The notes under the pieces: model-generated
Database searches by the model: none
The model's input: the letters and a program-made list of their open reading frames with translations, nothing else
Told to the model about the DNA's origin: nothing
Shown: positions 25,031 to 36,781 of the stretch, piece after piece
How the letters are laid out: every line of letters starts with the position of its first letter
Numbering within the stretch: the first letter of the stretch is position 1
Assembly (NCBI GenBank): GCA_045837725.1
Contig: JBEWZL010000213.1
Span: forward strand, 1 to 64,000
Direction of reading: 5' to 3'
DNA: 64,000 nt
Source: Vermamoeba vermiformis
Taxonomy: Eukaryota
Translations under genes and position numbers: made by a program

Positions 25031-26942
25031 CTAAGTAGTACCATCGTAGTCAAAGGCGGAGTCAGCTTCGGCCACGCGCCCTAATAACATTAGTTAGATA
25101 CGATCGGATATTTTCTTGAATTCTACATCGTCCGACTTACAAGTACGACCCCAAGTGAAGATTTCAGCAGCAGTAGCAGGGAAGTTAATCGTAATGCCGT
25201 CCTTGGTCACGAAGTCGTTGGCGCGCAAACCGTCAAAGTTGCCGTAGAATCCTTTCAACTTGCCAGCGAGACCACTGCCAGCACCAACACCGATCATAGT
25301 GAAGCCTTCTTGGAGTCTGTACTGCAACGACAAACTGTTCTTGGCTTGAATTTCAAAGTTCATGGTATCAGTCTCGCGCAAAATGATGAGTTCGCCACCG
25401 CCAATAGAGTACGGGAATTGAGCAGAGCTAAGATCAAGAGTGTTTGAATCCACACGGAGAGTGACAGTGTTGCCAGAGGAGTAGAGACGCACTGAGTGGC
25501 CGTAGCCTTTCACTGCAGCAGCGGTGGTGCACGTGGCGTCCATGCCAGCCTTGCACTTCTCGAAGCGAGCTTGAACTTCGACAGCGTCAGAGTCAGTGCT
25601 TTGAGCAATAGTGAACTCGCCAAGGGCATTGAATTCGAACCTAATTTGGCGATGTTAGCGATTGGCTACGAGGGGTTGACGTGTCAAAAGTGGTGTCAAG
25701 AGAGATACTTACGGGGCGCCATCGAGGGTTTGGAAGTGAGGGTCTCCGTAAGTAAATCCGATGGGCAACGGTTTGCAGCCAGGAAGCACTAAGCCGCAGC
25801 TATCGTCAATTTCACCATCAGAAGGAGGAGTATAGTCGGTAGGTCGCATGAAGGGGCAAGCGAAGTAAAGGTCTTGACAAGTCAAGTCGCAGTTCACGTT
25901 GATCTGGAACGGATCTCCACCAGTACATTCGAGGAAAATGTAACGGCACAACATGCGTTGATAAGCTTGGTAACAGGTGTCAGCTTGATCGAGCGTAGTA
26001 GTATTATCCATGAGTGCAGCTTGAATAGTAAAGTTGACGTAGAAGAAGTAAGAAGTGGTCAAACTTTGGAGCAAGGCGTTGACTTGTGGATTTGGTCCGG
26101 TAGGAGTGGTATAAGTAACATAAGCAGAGCAAGCTCCGAGGTCAAATGAAGGGAAAGAGCAAGTAGGAAGAGGAGCAGAGAGCATTTTGGTGCAAGCAGT
26201 AGTGCCATCCGGAGCGTAGTGACGAGTGTCTGTGCAGATGCCACCACTGCGAACAATAAGTTAGTAAACTAAATCTTGATCAGTTAAATCATACGTGTAG
26301 AAGGCAGCGCATTTAGTAGTAAAGTCAATGCATTGGGATCTGCATGGAGGAATGTAGCGGACCGATCCGTCAGGTCCATTGAAATCGCAGCCTCTGAAGA
26401 TAATAGAGCAAATCAAATTCTTGAATGAGGCACTGCAGTTAGGGTCGTCTATATTCGAAAGAGATCGTATTAATTCACTGAAAATTTGGAGCCGATCGTT
26501 AAAACTGAATTACCATTAAAAGTTTGGTTAAACAGCTCGCTGAAGTAAAGTTGTTCCACTGAAGCATCGGTAGTCGAGGCGTAGTTAACGTTGGTGCAAT
26601 AGACGAGGCCAGTAGGAACTTTACACTCGGTTTGCTCGATCGAACGCTTTTTGGCTTCGCGATCGCTGATCTCCAAAGCGAGTTCGTAGATTTGGGCGTA
26701 TTTAGCTACATGAGTGATCAGAATCCATATTTTTTGAAGCGCAATAGATTGACTTACCGTTATGCACGTCGTCTTTTTCGACATTTTTGAAGTCGTCTAC
26801 TGAGATACGAGCCGAATCTAAAATGAAATAATAGTTAATTAAATATCGGTGCGTAAAATCTTGGTGCGGAGTTCTTGAACTTACAAACGCTAGACGAGAT
26901 CGCAAGTAAAGCGATCAATGATAATACCAATGTAGCTTTCAT
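25031..26942 (-). CDS. Secreted protein with two Frizzled-like cysteine-rich domains and a von Willebrand factor type D (VWD) domain
   Basis: Signal peptide MKATLVLSLIALLAISSS. CRD-like C..F..LIC...F..C..PCRSQC..F...C and C...Y...LC.YIF.EC...C..TC..LYF.C. VWD motifs YGDPHFQTLDG..FEF...GEF and GFYGNFDG...NDF. Confidence 0.75.
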
Positions 26943-27486
26943 TTTGGTTGAGTTGTGGTAAACGATTATCTACCTTTATCGTTATTGAAGGAATTGTTTC
27001 CGGTACTTTGAATTTATGCTGTTTGGAATCACAGTCACGTGCTTTCATGAATCCATTAGTGTATCTTTGAAAGCAAGCTATCGATTAGTTCAAATGCATC
27101 AAACTGATATCGTACTATGATACTAAAAGGTATTGGGGAGGTTCAAGTAAGGATTTAAAGCTTGAGTGTCAAGATCCGTAATTCGAGCAACGGTAAACGA
27201 ACATTTCATGAAGTTTTTCAGTACGTTTAGAACATCGTAACTGATTTCGGTAAATATTTCGAGAATACAGCTTTTTGAGTCCTTTGAAGCTTGAGATTCA
27301 AACTCCGGTAACGTAAGGTCTGGAATTCCGTTCACACATCAGCGCCAACTGTCAATCCCAAATTTTTAAGAGATACGCAAGAACGAAACGGAGGGACATT
27401 TGCAACGGATATTTAGTTAATTAAAACCTCCCCAAAATCCCAAGATGTTTTCATCCACTTACCCCAAAACTGGAACGTACCCCAAT

Positions 27487-29856
27487 TCACCTCCATTCCT
27501 TTATTGCTCTCTGTTCTTGGATGCAATTCCTGGCATGTTTGTTATTCTTAATGTGATCTAAGAACAGGCCGAGTTGCTTCAGCTCCGTTGGAAGAGTAAA
27601 AAGTCCGGATGCTTGATCCACCACCTTAGCGTACTGTTCTCTGTAGTCTGCGCAATTAATAAGGTCAATAAGAGTATGTGGCGCATAAAAGACGTATTAA
27701 CCTTGATTTCTAGGAGGGTCACTCTCTTCACCAGCCGAATAACTTAAGACGCGATCTACTCGGCCAACACCAACAATCGAGCTTTTTTCTACGAGCATCA
27801 CTTTGCCACTGTAATTCTTTTCGAATACACTTGGTTTGTAGGTCTCAATGTCGTAGTGGATCAGTGGTAGGAGGATCGCTTTGGCTTTTCTCAGCGTTGG
27901 TTTTGGTGGTCGAACATAGTCTTTTCCTTTTTCGGCTTGCAACTTAACGTGTCTTTCTCTCGCCTTCGCGACTTCAATTTTGTATTCTTTTTTCAAGTTC
28001 TTTCGAGTAATGCCGTTATGGTAGTTGTTCAAGTTAGGTTTCACCGGCATGTCTTTGTACTCAAGTTTGAATTTTCTCTCGCCTTTGTAGCGATTTTTGC
28101 CGTCTTCGGGGAAGATCCACCACAAGATACACGGAATGCGTGCTGTTCCGTAGAAGACAGTGTACGTTTGATGTTGAATAAATCGATCAGGTCTCATCAC
28201 GAAAATGCTGGCTCGAAAGGCGTAAGTGCAGTTTACGCTCTGCGTTTGCCTATGATTCACGACATAACTGAACCTACGCGGTACCTCTCGCGTGGACATA
28301 CGTCTTATATTAAATCCGACGACACTGCCTGAGGGTGAGAACATTAGATCATACGTCGTTTGTCAAGTATAATTAAACGAACAAACCTGGTTTCGCCTCT
28401 CTCACGTCTTCATGATATTCCTCAATAGTACTAACCTCGGATATTTTGGTATTTGGATGAATGGCGACTAAAATGCCCGGTCTAAGCACACCGCCTATTC
28501 AAAACGTGTCAATATTATTAATCACGATGAATTTTTCATTTGACGTACTTATCACACGTCCGACTGCCACGGTACCAATGCCGCCGATCCTGTACGTGCG
28601 ACGTAGTTGAATTTTCAAAGGCACTTCGCACAGTTTTTGGAACGCTCCTTCGTCGAAGTTTGTGCGCAATTGATCTTCGAGAATCAGTTGCATTAACGGC
28701 GGTCCACCGAATGACGTTAGTTCAGGTGCAATATTGAGGCTTGTCTTAACATTCACCGGAACAATCTTGTAGCACATGCCGACGGTCTTATCGAGAAGAG
28801 TGGCTATTTTGGCTTTGGCTTGATTGAACGCTGAAAAGTGACACGTGTCAGTTTCGAAGCTCGTTGCTCATTGGTCAAAGTTGGCACGCATGTAAACACG
28901 TGTCATATCAAAGATAATTATTGTTTGCGGGAGCACTTACGATGACTCCATAAAGACTCTGTGGGTGGATAGTTATGCAAGTCAACGGCCACAATGACGT
29001 TGCGTGCACTCATCATGAAGCACGAGCCAAAGACGATCTCTTTGATCTCTTCCAAGTGCTCGTCAATCTCTGTTGGATCCACGACGAACAACAATAAATC
29101 TGCCTATAGGATTGATAAGGGGTTCAGTAAATTGTGATGGGTTGGCCTGTTTAACTTACAGCAACAGAATGTATCCACAATTCTTTTCTACGAGGTCTCT
29201 CATTCGGAGGTACTATCATAGTAAGTCGCCGGTTTTTGCCGCCATTAGCGACTTGACAGGTGTGCGCCATTGTATGATGCTGAAATCTCACGCGTTTTGT
29301 TGGCCCATAAGCGACGGTGCAAGCTAACAAGGCGGCGCCTAAACGATGCAAAATAATAAAATTAATTTCATAATAAATAAATTATTTAAATCTTACGAGG
29401 AGCACGTGTAGATCCTCTTACTTGCTGCATGTCCGGATCAAGGGCCACAATATCTTAAAATAAACTGTTAATTAATTAAATCGTATATTTTGCTCGAATT
29501 ACCATGTTCAGTAGGTAAGGATACGACTAACACGCGCAAATTATCGCCGCAAAGTCGGATCTTCTTTTTGTGCTCTAGAACATACTGAGCCAGCGCATGA
29601 ATTCGTTTATTAACTCGCACTAAGTCAAATAGTTGGATTCGATTCAGATTATCAAATATTTCGAGCAGGATCTATTTTTAAATTAATAAATTAAAATAAC
29701 AATAAATCCAAGGCACCTTGAAATGCTATTATGGCGAACATATTGCATTTATCCACTCGAATATCATTAATGGAATTTAAACTAATATTTTAAGGGAGCT
29801 TGAGTCTTTACCTCGTTTGGCAGTTCAATTAGCCACGAGAGCCGAGAGGTCTCCAT
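27487..29856 (-). CDS. F-box fused to a degenerate EF-1alpha-like protein, copy 1
   Basis: Exons 1-2 LIELPNEILLEIFDNL..LVRVNKRIHALA form an F-box. Later exons: [72 protein letters not shown] (EF1A domains I-III). Confidence 0.75.
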
Positions 29857-30004
29857 ACTGCAAATAAACAAATATTGAATTAAAAATGTTAGCTCATCGA
29901 GTCTTGTACGGGTAAACAAAAATACAATTTATTATTTACCAGCATTTTGGCAGTCTCTTCTCTGCTATTGGTCGTGCAGGAAAAACGGTGCACCATAATA
30001 CCTA

Positions 30005-32162
30005 TCAAGGCAACTGTGTGAGGCACCGCTTAGCGTGTTTGTTATTCTTAACGTGATCTAAGAAGAGATCAAGCAATAGTTGTTCTTCTGGCAGCGAGAA
30101 AAGTAACGCAGCGTTGTTGATAACTTCTGTAGGCTTGTTGTAATTGAGATCTTGATAGCTTGTGATTAGTATATATGATGTATGATTCAGCGGCATCGTT
30201 CAGAAACTTACGAGGCAATCTTATAGCCCGATCCACTTGTCCGACACCAACAATCGAGCCTTTTTCTACGAGCATCACTTTGCCACTGTAGTTCTTTTCA
30301 AATACGCTTGGTTTGTAGGTCTCAATGTCGTACTGGTGCAGTGGTAGAAGTATCGCTTTGGCTTTTTTGAACGTTGGTTTCGGTGGTCGAACATAGCCAC
30401 TCGCATTCTCTGCCACTAATTTGGAAACTTCAAGTTTGAACTGTTGCATTTCTCTTTTGTAAGTCTCTTCATCCATCTCACGTTTCTTAGGCTTTTGAGG
30501 TAATGATACGCCATGGCGTTCAAGTTTGAATTTTCTCTCGTGTTTGTCGTGATTTTTGCCGTCTTCGGGGAAGATCCACCACAAGATACACCGAATGCGT
30601 GCTGTACCGTAGAAGACAGTGTACACATGATGGAGCATGAATCGGTCAGACTTTTTCACGGCAATACTGGCTCGAAAAGCCAAAGTGACGTTCACTTCAG
30701 CATTGACAGCGCACAACATGTAGGGAATTCGCTGTGACATCTGGTACTTACCGATGCCTCTAGCATTAACGCCTATTACATCATCTACAATACCGCGATT
30801 AGACTTTCTATGTACATTAAGCCATACTTAACTTGGTCTCGCTTCGCGAGCGGGCCAACGATTAATTTCAATGCTCGAAACTGTGCCTGCTGTTCCTGTC
30901 GGAAAAAGACAAACGTCGTCCTTCGGCTTAAGTACTCCACCTGTACGGTACTGGTTGGTAACGACTATCTATCATCATGACGTCAATCAGATCTGCTATG
31001 ACTTACAAAGGACGACACGTGTCATTTTTTAGCGTTCGATCAAGCCCGGACCAAAATTGCTGAGTTGCTCGACGATGCAGTGGGTCAATGTTACCAGATT
31101 ATTCCAGTGGACTCTGACAGAGATTGCAATATCAGAATGATAACCACCTTCAAGTGGTTCAAGGGGCCCCCGCTGAAACAACTGCTGATCGAAGATCAAC
31201 TTCGCACAAACTTTGACGAGACAGCCTATAAAAAGTTGTGTGAAGAACCAGTCAAAGTTCAAATCACTGACTGTCATAGGATTGGCGGCATTGGTGCTGT
31301 GTCAATTTAAAGTGTCACTTTTGACGCATCGGCAAAATCAACGTACCTTGTTCGGAGGGGTCATGGTACAAGTCAACGGCCACAATGACATTGCGTGCAC
31401 TCATCATGAAGCACGAGCCAAAGACGATCTCTTTGATCTCTTCCGAGTGCTCGTCAATCTCTTTCGGATCCACGACGAACAACAATAAATCTGCCTAAGA
31501 TCAAGTTACTATTAGCGTTATATCTACTAACGACGTCAGAATTAACGCACAGCAACGGAAGTGAGCCATAATAACTGTCGGTAGTGCATGTCAGTATCAG
31601 CTCGGATCAGATTAATTTCTCGTGATTTGCCGTCCGTAGAGTGCATGTAGTTGTGTACCACGGTACGGTCTTTGATTTGGTCGCGCGACAAGTACGGATC
31701 TGCCATAAATCGCTGGACTACTCGATACACTGCTGCTAAACAGAAGTAATTATTATGATCGAAGGTAAATTATAATACTATACTATAATTAGAGCTTACA
31801 AGAGGTTTTGATGGAATTAAATCCCAACACCAAAACACGCAGCTTGTCCCCGCAAAGTCGGATCTTCTTTTTGTGCTCTAGAATATATTGGGCGAGCGAA
31901 CATAAATGTTTGTTAACGCGCGTTAGTATTGTTAGCTGAAGTCTATCCAATTGATCGAATATTTCCAGCAAGATCTGTCAGAAGAAAATTTAAAAAATGA
32001 AAAAAATCAAAATTGTAATCGAAAAATATTTGAATTCCATAGAATACCGACTGTAATTAATATTTATAACTTAATTTTGCGAAAGATATCAAACGAAAAA
32101 AAGATCCCGACTTTTACCTCGTTTGGTAGTTCAGCAAGCCATGAGAACTGCTGTTGATCCAT
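30005..32162 (-). pseudogene. F-box fused to a degenerate EF-1alpha-like protein, copy 2; one exon (~31019-31298) is inverted, so the gene is disrupted as assembled
   Basis: Homologous exon by exon to copy 1 (LAELPNEILLEIFD; HKKKIRLCGD; YDIETYKPSVFEKNYSGKVMLVEK; LFLDHVKNNKHA). The exon FDQARTKIA..HRIGGIGAV reads on the + strand. Confidence 0.75.
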
Positions 32163-32334
32163 TATAAGTAATTATTTAATACTTATAATACTTGCGTTAT
32201 ATTATTAAAAGGAAAGTATTGTTCAACATTCGGTGAATGAAAAAAATGAAGCACGAACTTTGTTCAGTCTTTCCAGACAACGAAGATGATGACAAACATA
32301 AACGAATTAATTAATTGGAATATAACAAATAAAT

Positions 32335-33578
32335 ATGAGTGATAATGCAAATCAAGAACCTATAAAGGTGTACTTACAAAAAGACAGATTTTTCGTGTGG
32401 GATCCAAGCGGTAAGCGAGTTATTTTCAACAATTACGATGAATTAGAGCTTATGTATAGTATTAAATACTATTATGATTTTTTTGCTGATTTGTGTTGCA
32501 GATGTGCTTCGGTTAAGAAAAAAGCATCACATTATTGGCAGCCTCGTTGGTTCTATTGCCGATAATTTTACACAAAATCAACTTCAAGGTCTACCAATGC
32601 TATTAAACGATTTTGAGACCGCTATACTCGTGAAAAATGGTAAATAATATTCGAAAAAAATCGTAAAATTCAACTGAGGCTTATTTTGCCGTAAATATGC
32701 CTCTAATAATTATATTGTAGGGTTTTGCATAATATTAGACGGAAATACACCGTATCCAGTTCCAACAGCAGATGACGTTACAAAGTTTAAAGAAGAACGA
32801 GAGGCAGACTTTCAGAGACAAGATGAAGATGCGAGAATTAAAAAGAAATTAGGAGAATTACAGTACAAAAATATAAAGAACGTCAAGCGAGCTAAAAATA
32901 AGAAAACTAATAATAGCGACAGCCAAGAGATCAAAGCAGATCAGCTCGATAATAATTCGAATACTCAAAATAATGTAAATACTAGCGAAGATAATCCCGG
33001 TGTAAATAATAGCGGCGAAATTAGCGAAAAAAATAATCAACAATCGAAAAAATCGAAAAATAAGCCGAAAGAACGACAGAACGGAGTGATTACCCTATTT
33101 GCGGAAGATCATTGGCTCAAACGAGACATCAAAACGATAGATATATCAAATATATTAGAAAAAGTGTATAAGGACCCGAAGTACTTAATTTTTGAAGATT
33201 TATGGAAACGAGGATTTTTTGTTACTGGTGGATCCAAGTTTGGAGGTGATTTTCTGGCTTATCCTGGTACGTTAAATCCAATTATAATATAATAAGCTTT
33301 TTATTATTCTTATTTTGACTAGTCAAGTAAAAAGTCCGCAATTTTTTCTGGATCCGCTACTTTTTGGCACTACGTAACCGTTCTATTTAGGCGATCCATT
33401 TCGATACCACGCGCATTATATCATTCGTGTCATTGGTTGGACAGACCTATTAAGTCCGCTTGATTTAGTAGCGTTTGGTCGTTTGGCCATGAGCGTCAAC
33501 AAGTCACCTGTCATTGCCAGCATGGATACAAACTCAAGTCACATAACTTATAACACTTTCCAGTGGAGTGGTAAATAA
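32335..33578 (+). CDS. TSEN34: tRNA-splicing endonuclease catalytic subunit Sen34
   Basis: LRKKHHIIGSLVGS..QN..GLPMLL, then [41 protein letters not shown].SVNK. Confidence 0.92.
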
Positions 33579-33621
33579 AGAAAGCATGTTTATTGAACTG
33601 AGAGAAATAACTTATTAGGAT

Positions 33622-36529
33622 CTAGAGTGGGTACTTGAGTTCCACGCAAGCTCGAATCCAATCGTCCACTGTGTAGTGAATAGGAATGTTATCAAGCAGG
33701 GCAAAGTCTTCAATTTGATAAAAGCCCTCGTGCGAAGGCTGTGTGGGCTCTTGCGAATAGAAGATTTGACCATTTTCGCGGTAGTAATAGTTTTGTGCCA
33801 GCATGGTTGAACTTGGTTTCGCAAAGTATCCGAGATATTTTGTCTCAGGATACAAGCCACCAGACTTGTAGTGACAGGCAAGCAGACCGGGGTATTGGTT
33901 TGAAAACACAATGGCAAATGTTCCTGCTTTGCATGTTTTCAATTGCTCCAAAACGTCTTTTTCGTTAAAAGAGAAGTAACTAACAAAAGATTAAGTGTTA
34001 CAACACATATTTGGATAAAGAGATAGATCTTACTCTTTTTCAATTAAAGAAAGGGCAAACTGAATCTGTGCATAAGTTTTGAAAACAGCAAGGAACTTCT
34101 TGCTTTTTTCGATATCAATCAGCAGATTTTGACTCTGTTCTGCCAAGTCCATGTCAACCATCTGTTCCAGGTCATATCTGGATTGAGAATTGGAGTTATT
34201 CTCAGACAATGACTCAACCATCTCTGTATCTATAGTACACAATATTAGAAGCCTTATTAATAATGACAAAAAAACTAACTGCAAAGAAGCTTGGCCAGCA
34301 TATCTTCCTGCCCATCATAATACTCAATGCCAAAGATTTGTGTAAGCTGTCCTAATGTTGGCCTCAAACTAACAGTAGCTTCAATTTGTGCTGCTTTATC
34401 TTCAATTGTTTTTTTGATGTCCAATTTGTATTGCTTCAATTCATTGTTGCAGATTGGGATCGGAGAGTATAATACGCCAGAATACAACTCACTCATGTAA
34501 TTCATTGTCACAAATAGCCGGTAAGGATGTTTGCTATCAGGTTTCATAATGTCCAGTCTGAGTGTTCCATTCTCGGTCTGGTTGAAGGTGCCGATCGCCT
34601 CTGCATAGAATGAAACTTGTCCTTCCGTTTTTCTTCTAATATTCCATAGCACAGGTGTGCTATAGAAACATTTTCTATTGTCATGGATAATTATTTCAGC
34701 AGATATTATGTTCACATTTGGGTCTAGAATAATCACATCTGCTGATTCAGCCATGGCATTTTGAACAACTAATTCTCCTAACCCTGACAGCTGCTTCCTT
34801 TTATAAAGAGCATTAGAGATATTTAACCCAAGAGCTGTGGTTCATTGGTTTAAATTACCATCCATTGAATAGGCCAATGGTTGGAGCTTTGTTGCCTGAC
34901 TCTTGTTCAAAGGTGAAGTTATTTTTCTCTATTGTGCTTAATCAAAATGTTAATGCTGAGGTGAGATGTATTTGTCAATTACTTTTTGGGCCTGTCATAG
35001 TTCATTGCATCTTCATCAAGATTGGACCCTACAGCAATTTTAAATCTGCAAACAGTAAGAAAGTGTATTCATATCAGCCTTTGAGTTACCTGTTTTCTGT
35101 TGGTAGATTGCCAATATTTTCATTAATCATTTGTTCTTTTAAGCGTATTAATTCATTACTAAATTTTGTGTTATCTGATCGCTGCAATGAAGCTTCTACA
35201 TCACTAACAAAGCATTCATAGATCTCTATCAGTCCATGTTCAGTAAGCTTGGAAATGATGTCATCCTTGCATTGAAGAATGTGCCAATGAACATATGATG
35301 GGCAACGGATGTAGACAAGAACACTGCCGTTTACAACTACAGCTTCAAAGTCACTTGCAACTTTCAGTCCCAATGCTTGAAGTGAGATTCTGGCTAACTC
35401 AGTGAATATTTGCACACTTGGCTCATATTTGAAGCATAAATAAATGTTCTGTGGAACACTCCGGCAAACTGGAGCAAGAAACCATTCTATAAGGAAATTT
35501 GAAAGTGCTTCATGTTTTTGTGCTGTAACAACTTCTTTCTTGCAAGTGGCTCCTCCAAGTATTCCAAGAGACTGATAAATAGTCAACAATAGCTTAACTG
35601 AGGGGTCCAAAGTTGAGTATCTTAGCTCTATGCATTGGAAATGTGTGGTCTTGAGCAAAAAAGGCCAGTGAGTAACAGCAGGGTTGTTTGATTGCATGGA
35701 GTTGACATCATTCACTTGCACAATTGAATGGATGTCACTTTCTTGCTCTGCTTGATTCTCAATCAATAATATAGGTGGTTGAATTGTGTTCTGACTGTTG
35801 TTTTGTGGACGTTCTGAAAAAACATTTGATTGAGACTCATCCATATAAGCATAAGTAGTTGGTGGTTGAATTGTGTTCTGATTATTGTTGCTTTGTAGAG
35901 GTTCTGAAAAAGTCGTTGATTTAGACTCTATCTGCATTTTGTCATAAGACTTCTGAATGCAATGCACAATTTCTTCTGTACCATCAATAAATTTGAATAA
36001 AACAGAGCCTCTTCTGCTGCCGAATTCTACAAGATTCAAATAATGTACAACTCCACGATCATCAGCTACCTCAGCTTTCTTCAAACTGAACGACTTTGCG
36101 TCGAATATAAGCTCTACATATTCGTCGGTCACAAACCAATATTTGGTTCTTCCAATCAGCGTATTCCCTTGAGGCAGCTGGGTGGCAATCTCTACGACCT
36201 TTCGCTTGCATCGTTCGTCTGCTAGTTTTGACCCCACATCTTTTAATCGTACGTAGCGCAGTCGTGATCTAATTTGAAAATATTAATATCCACTAACTTG
36301 ATTCGATAACATTTAGAATGACCTACGTGTTGATTCGAGAATCGTTTTGACAGCTGTCTGAGAAACCCAAATCCCTTTGAAAAATAAATTAAGGAATTAA
36401 ATTAATAGAATAACCAGCACTAAAAACGTGCATTTATAATAATTTAATTTTGCAACAAAAAAAAAAGGGATTCGAATCTGGATTAGATTTAACATACTGA
36501 AAGTCGAGATATTCTGTATTTTCGTTCAT
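33622..36529 (-). CDS. Divergent STAT-like protein with a degenerate C-terminal SH2 domain (multi-exon; internal junctions uncertain)
   Basis: The first three exons splice in frame (MNENTEYLDFQ/DLGF../SRLRY). SPIPICNNELKQY and LEQLKTCKAGTFAIVFSNQYPGLLACHY resemble the dictyostelid STAT linker and SH2 patterns. Confidence 0.5.
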
Positions 36530-36781
36530 CGTTGCAGGAGAGATTTTTTCGCTTTATCTGCTTAATAATTGAATCAGCGTTTACTTCTAATTGCAATCAA
36601 CACCGGATCTGCAAGCTGCTTACCCAGCGTTGGTTTTGCTCACTGTTAGTTGTTAAAGCATTGAAATCAAATCTCTCATGTCAATATGATTTCCTCTGCT
36701 GAGGATACGACGAAAAACGGTTCTATCAACTGTTAAGGACTGGTTTATCGCACCGTAAAACTAACAAATAAAGTTTATATA

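Noticed and set aside
27123-27335. 70-aa minus-strand ORF between the VWD and F-box/EF1A genes
   Set aside because: No ATG start, motif or convincing splice context.
31065-31310. Plus-strand ORF treated as an independent gene
   Set aside because: It is homologous to an internal exon of the minus-strand paralog (28550-28830) and carries a splice acceptor, so it is an inverted exon rather than a gene.
19523-33578. Functional link between the tRNA gene and TSEN34
   Set aside because: The tRNA has no intron and lies 13 kb away, so the proximity is probably coincidental.
36330-36380. KGFGFL cold-shock-like motif
   Set aside because: It is in the wrong frame; the splice-consistent frame reads DLGFSDSCQ.
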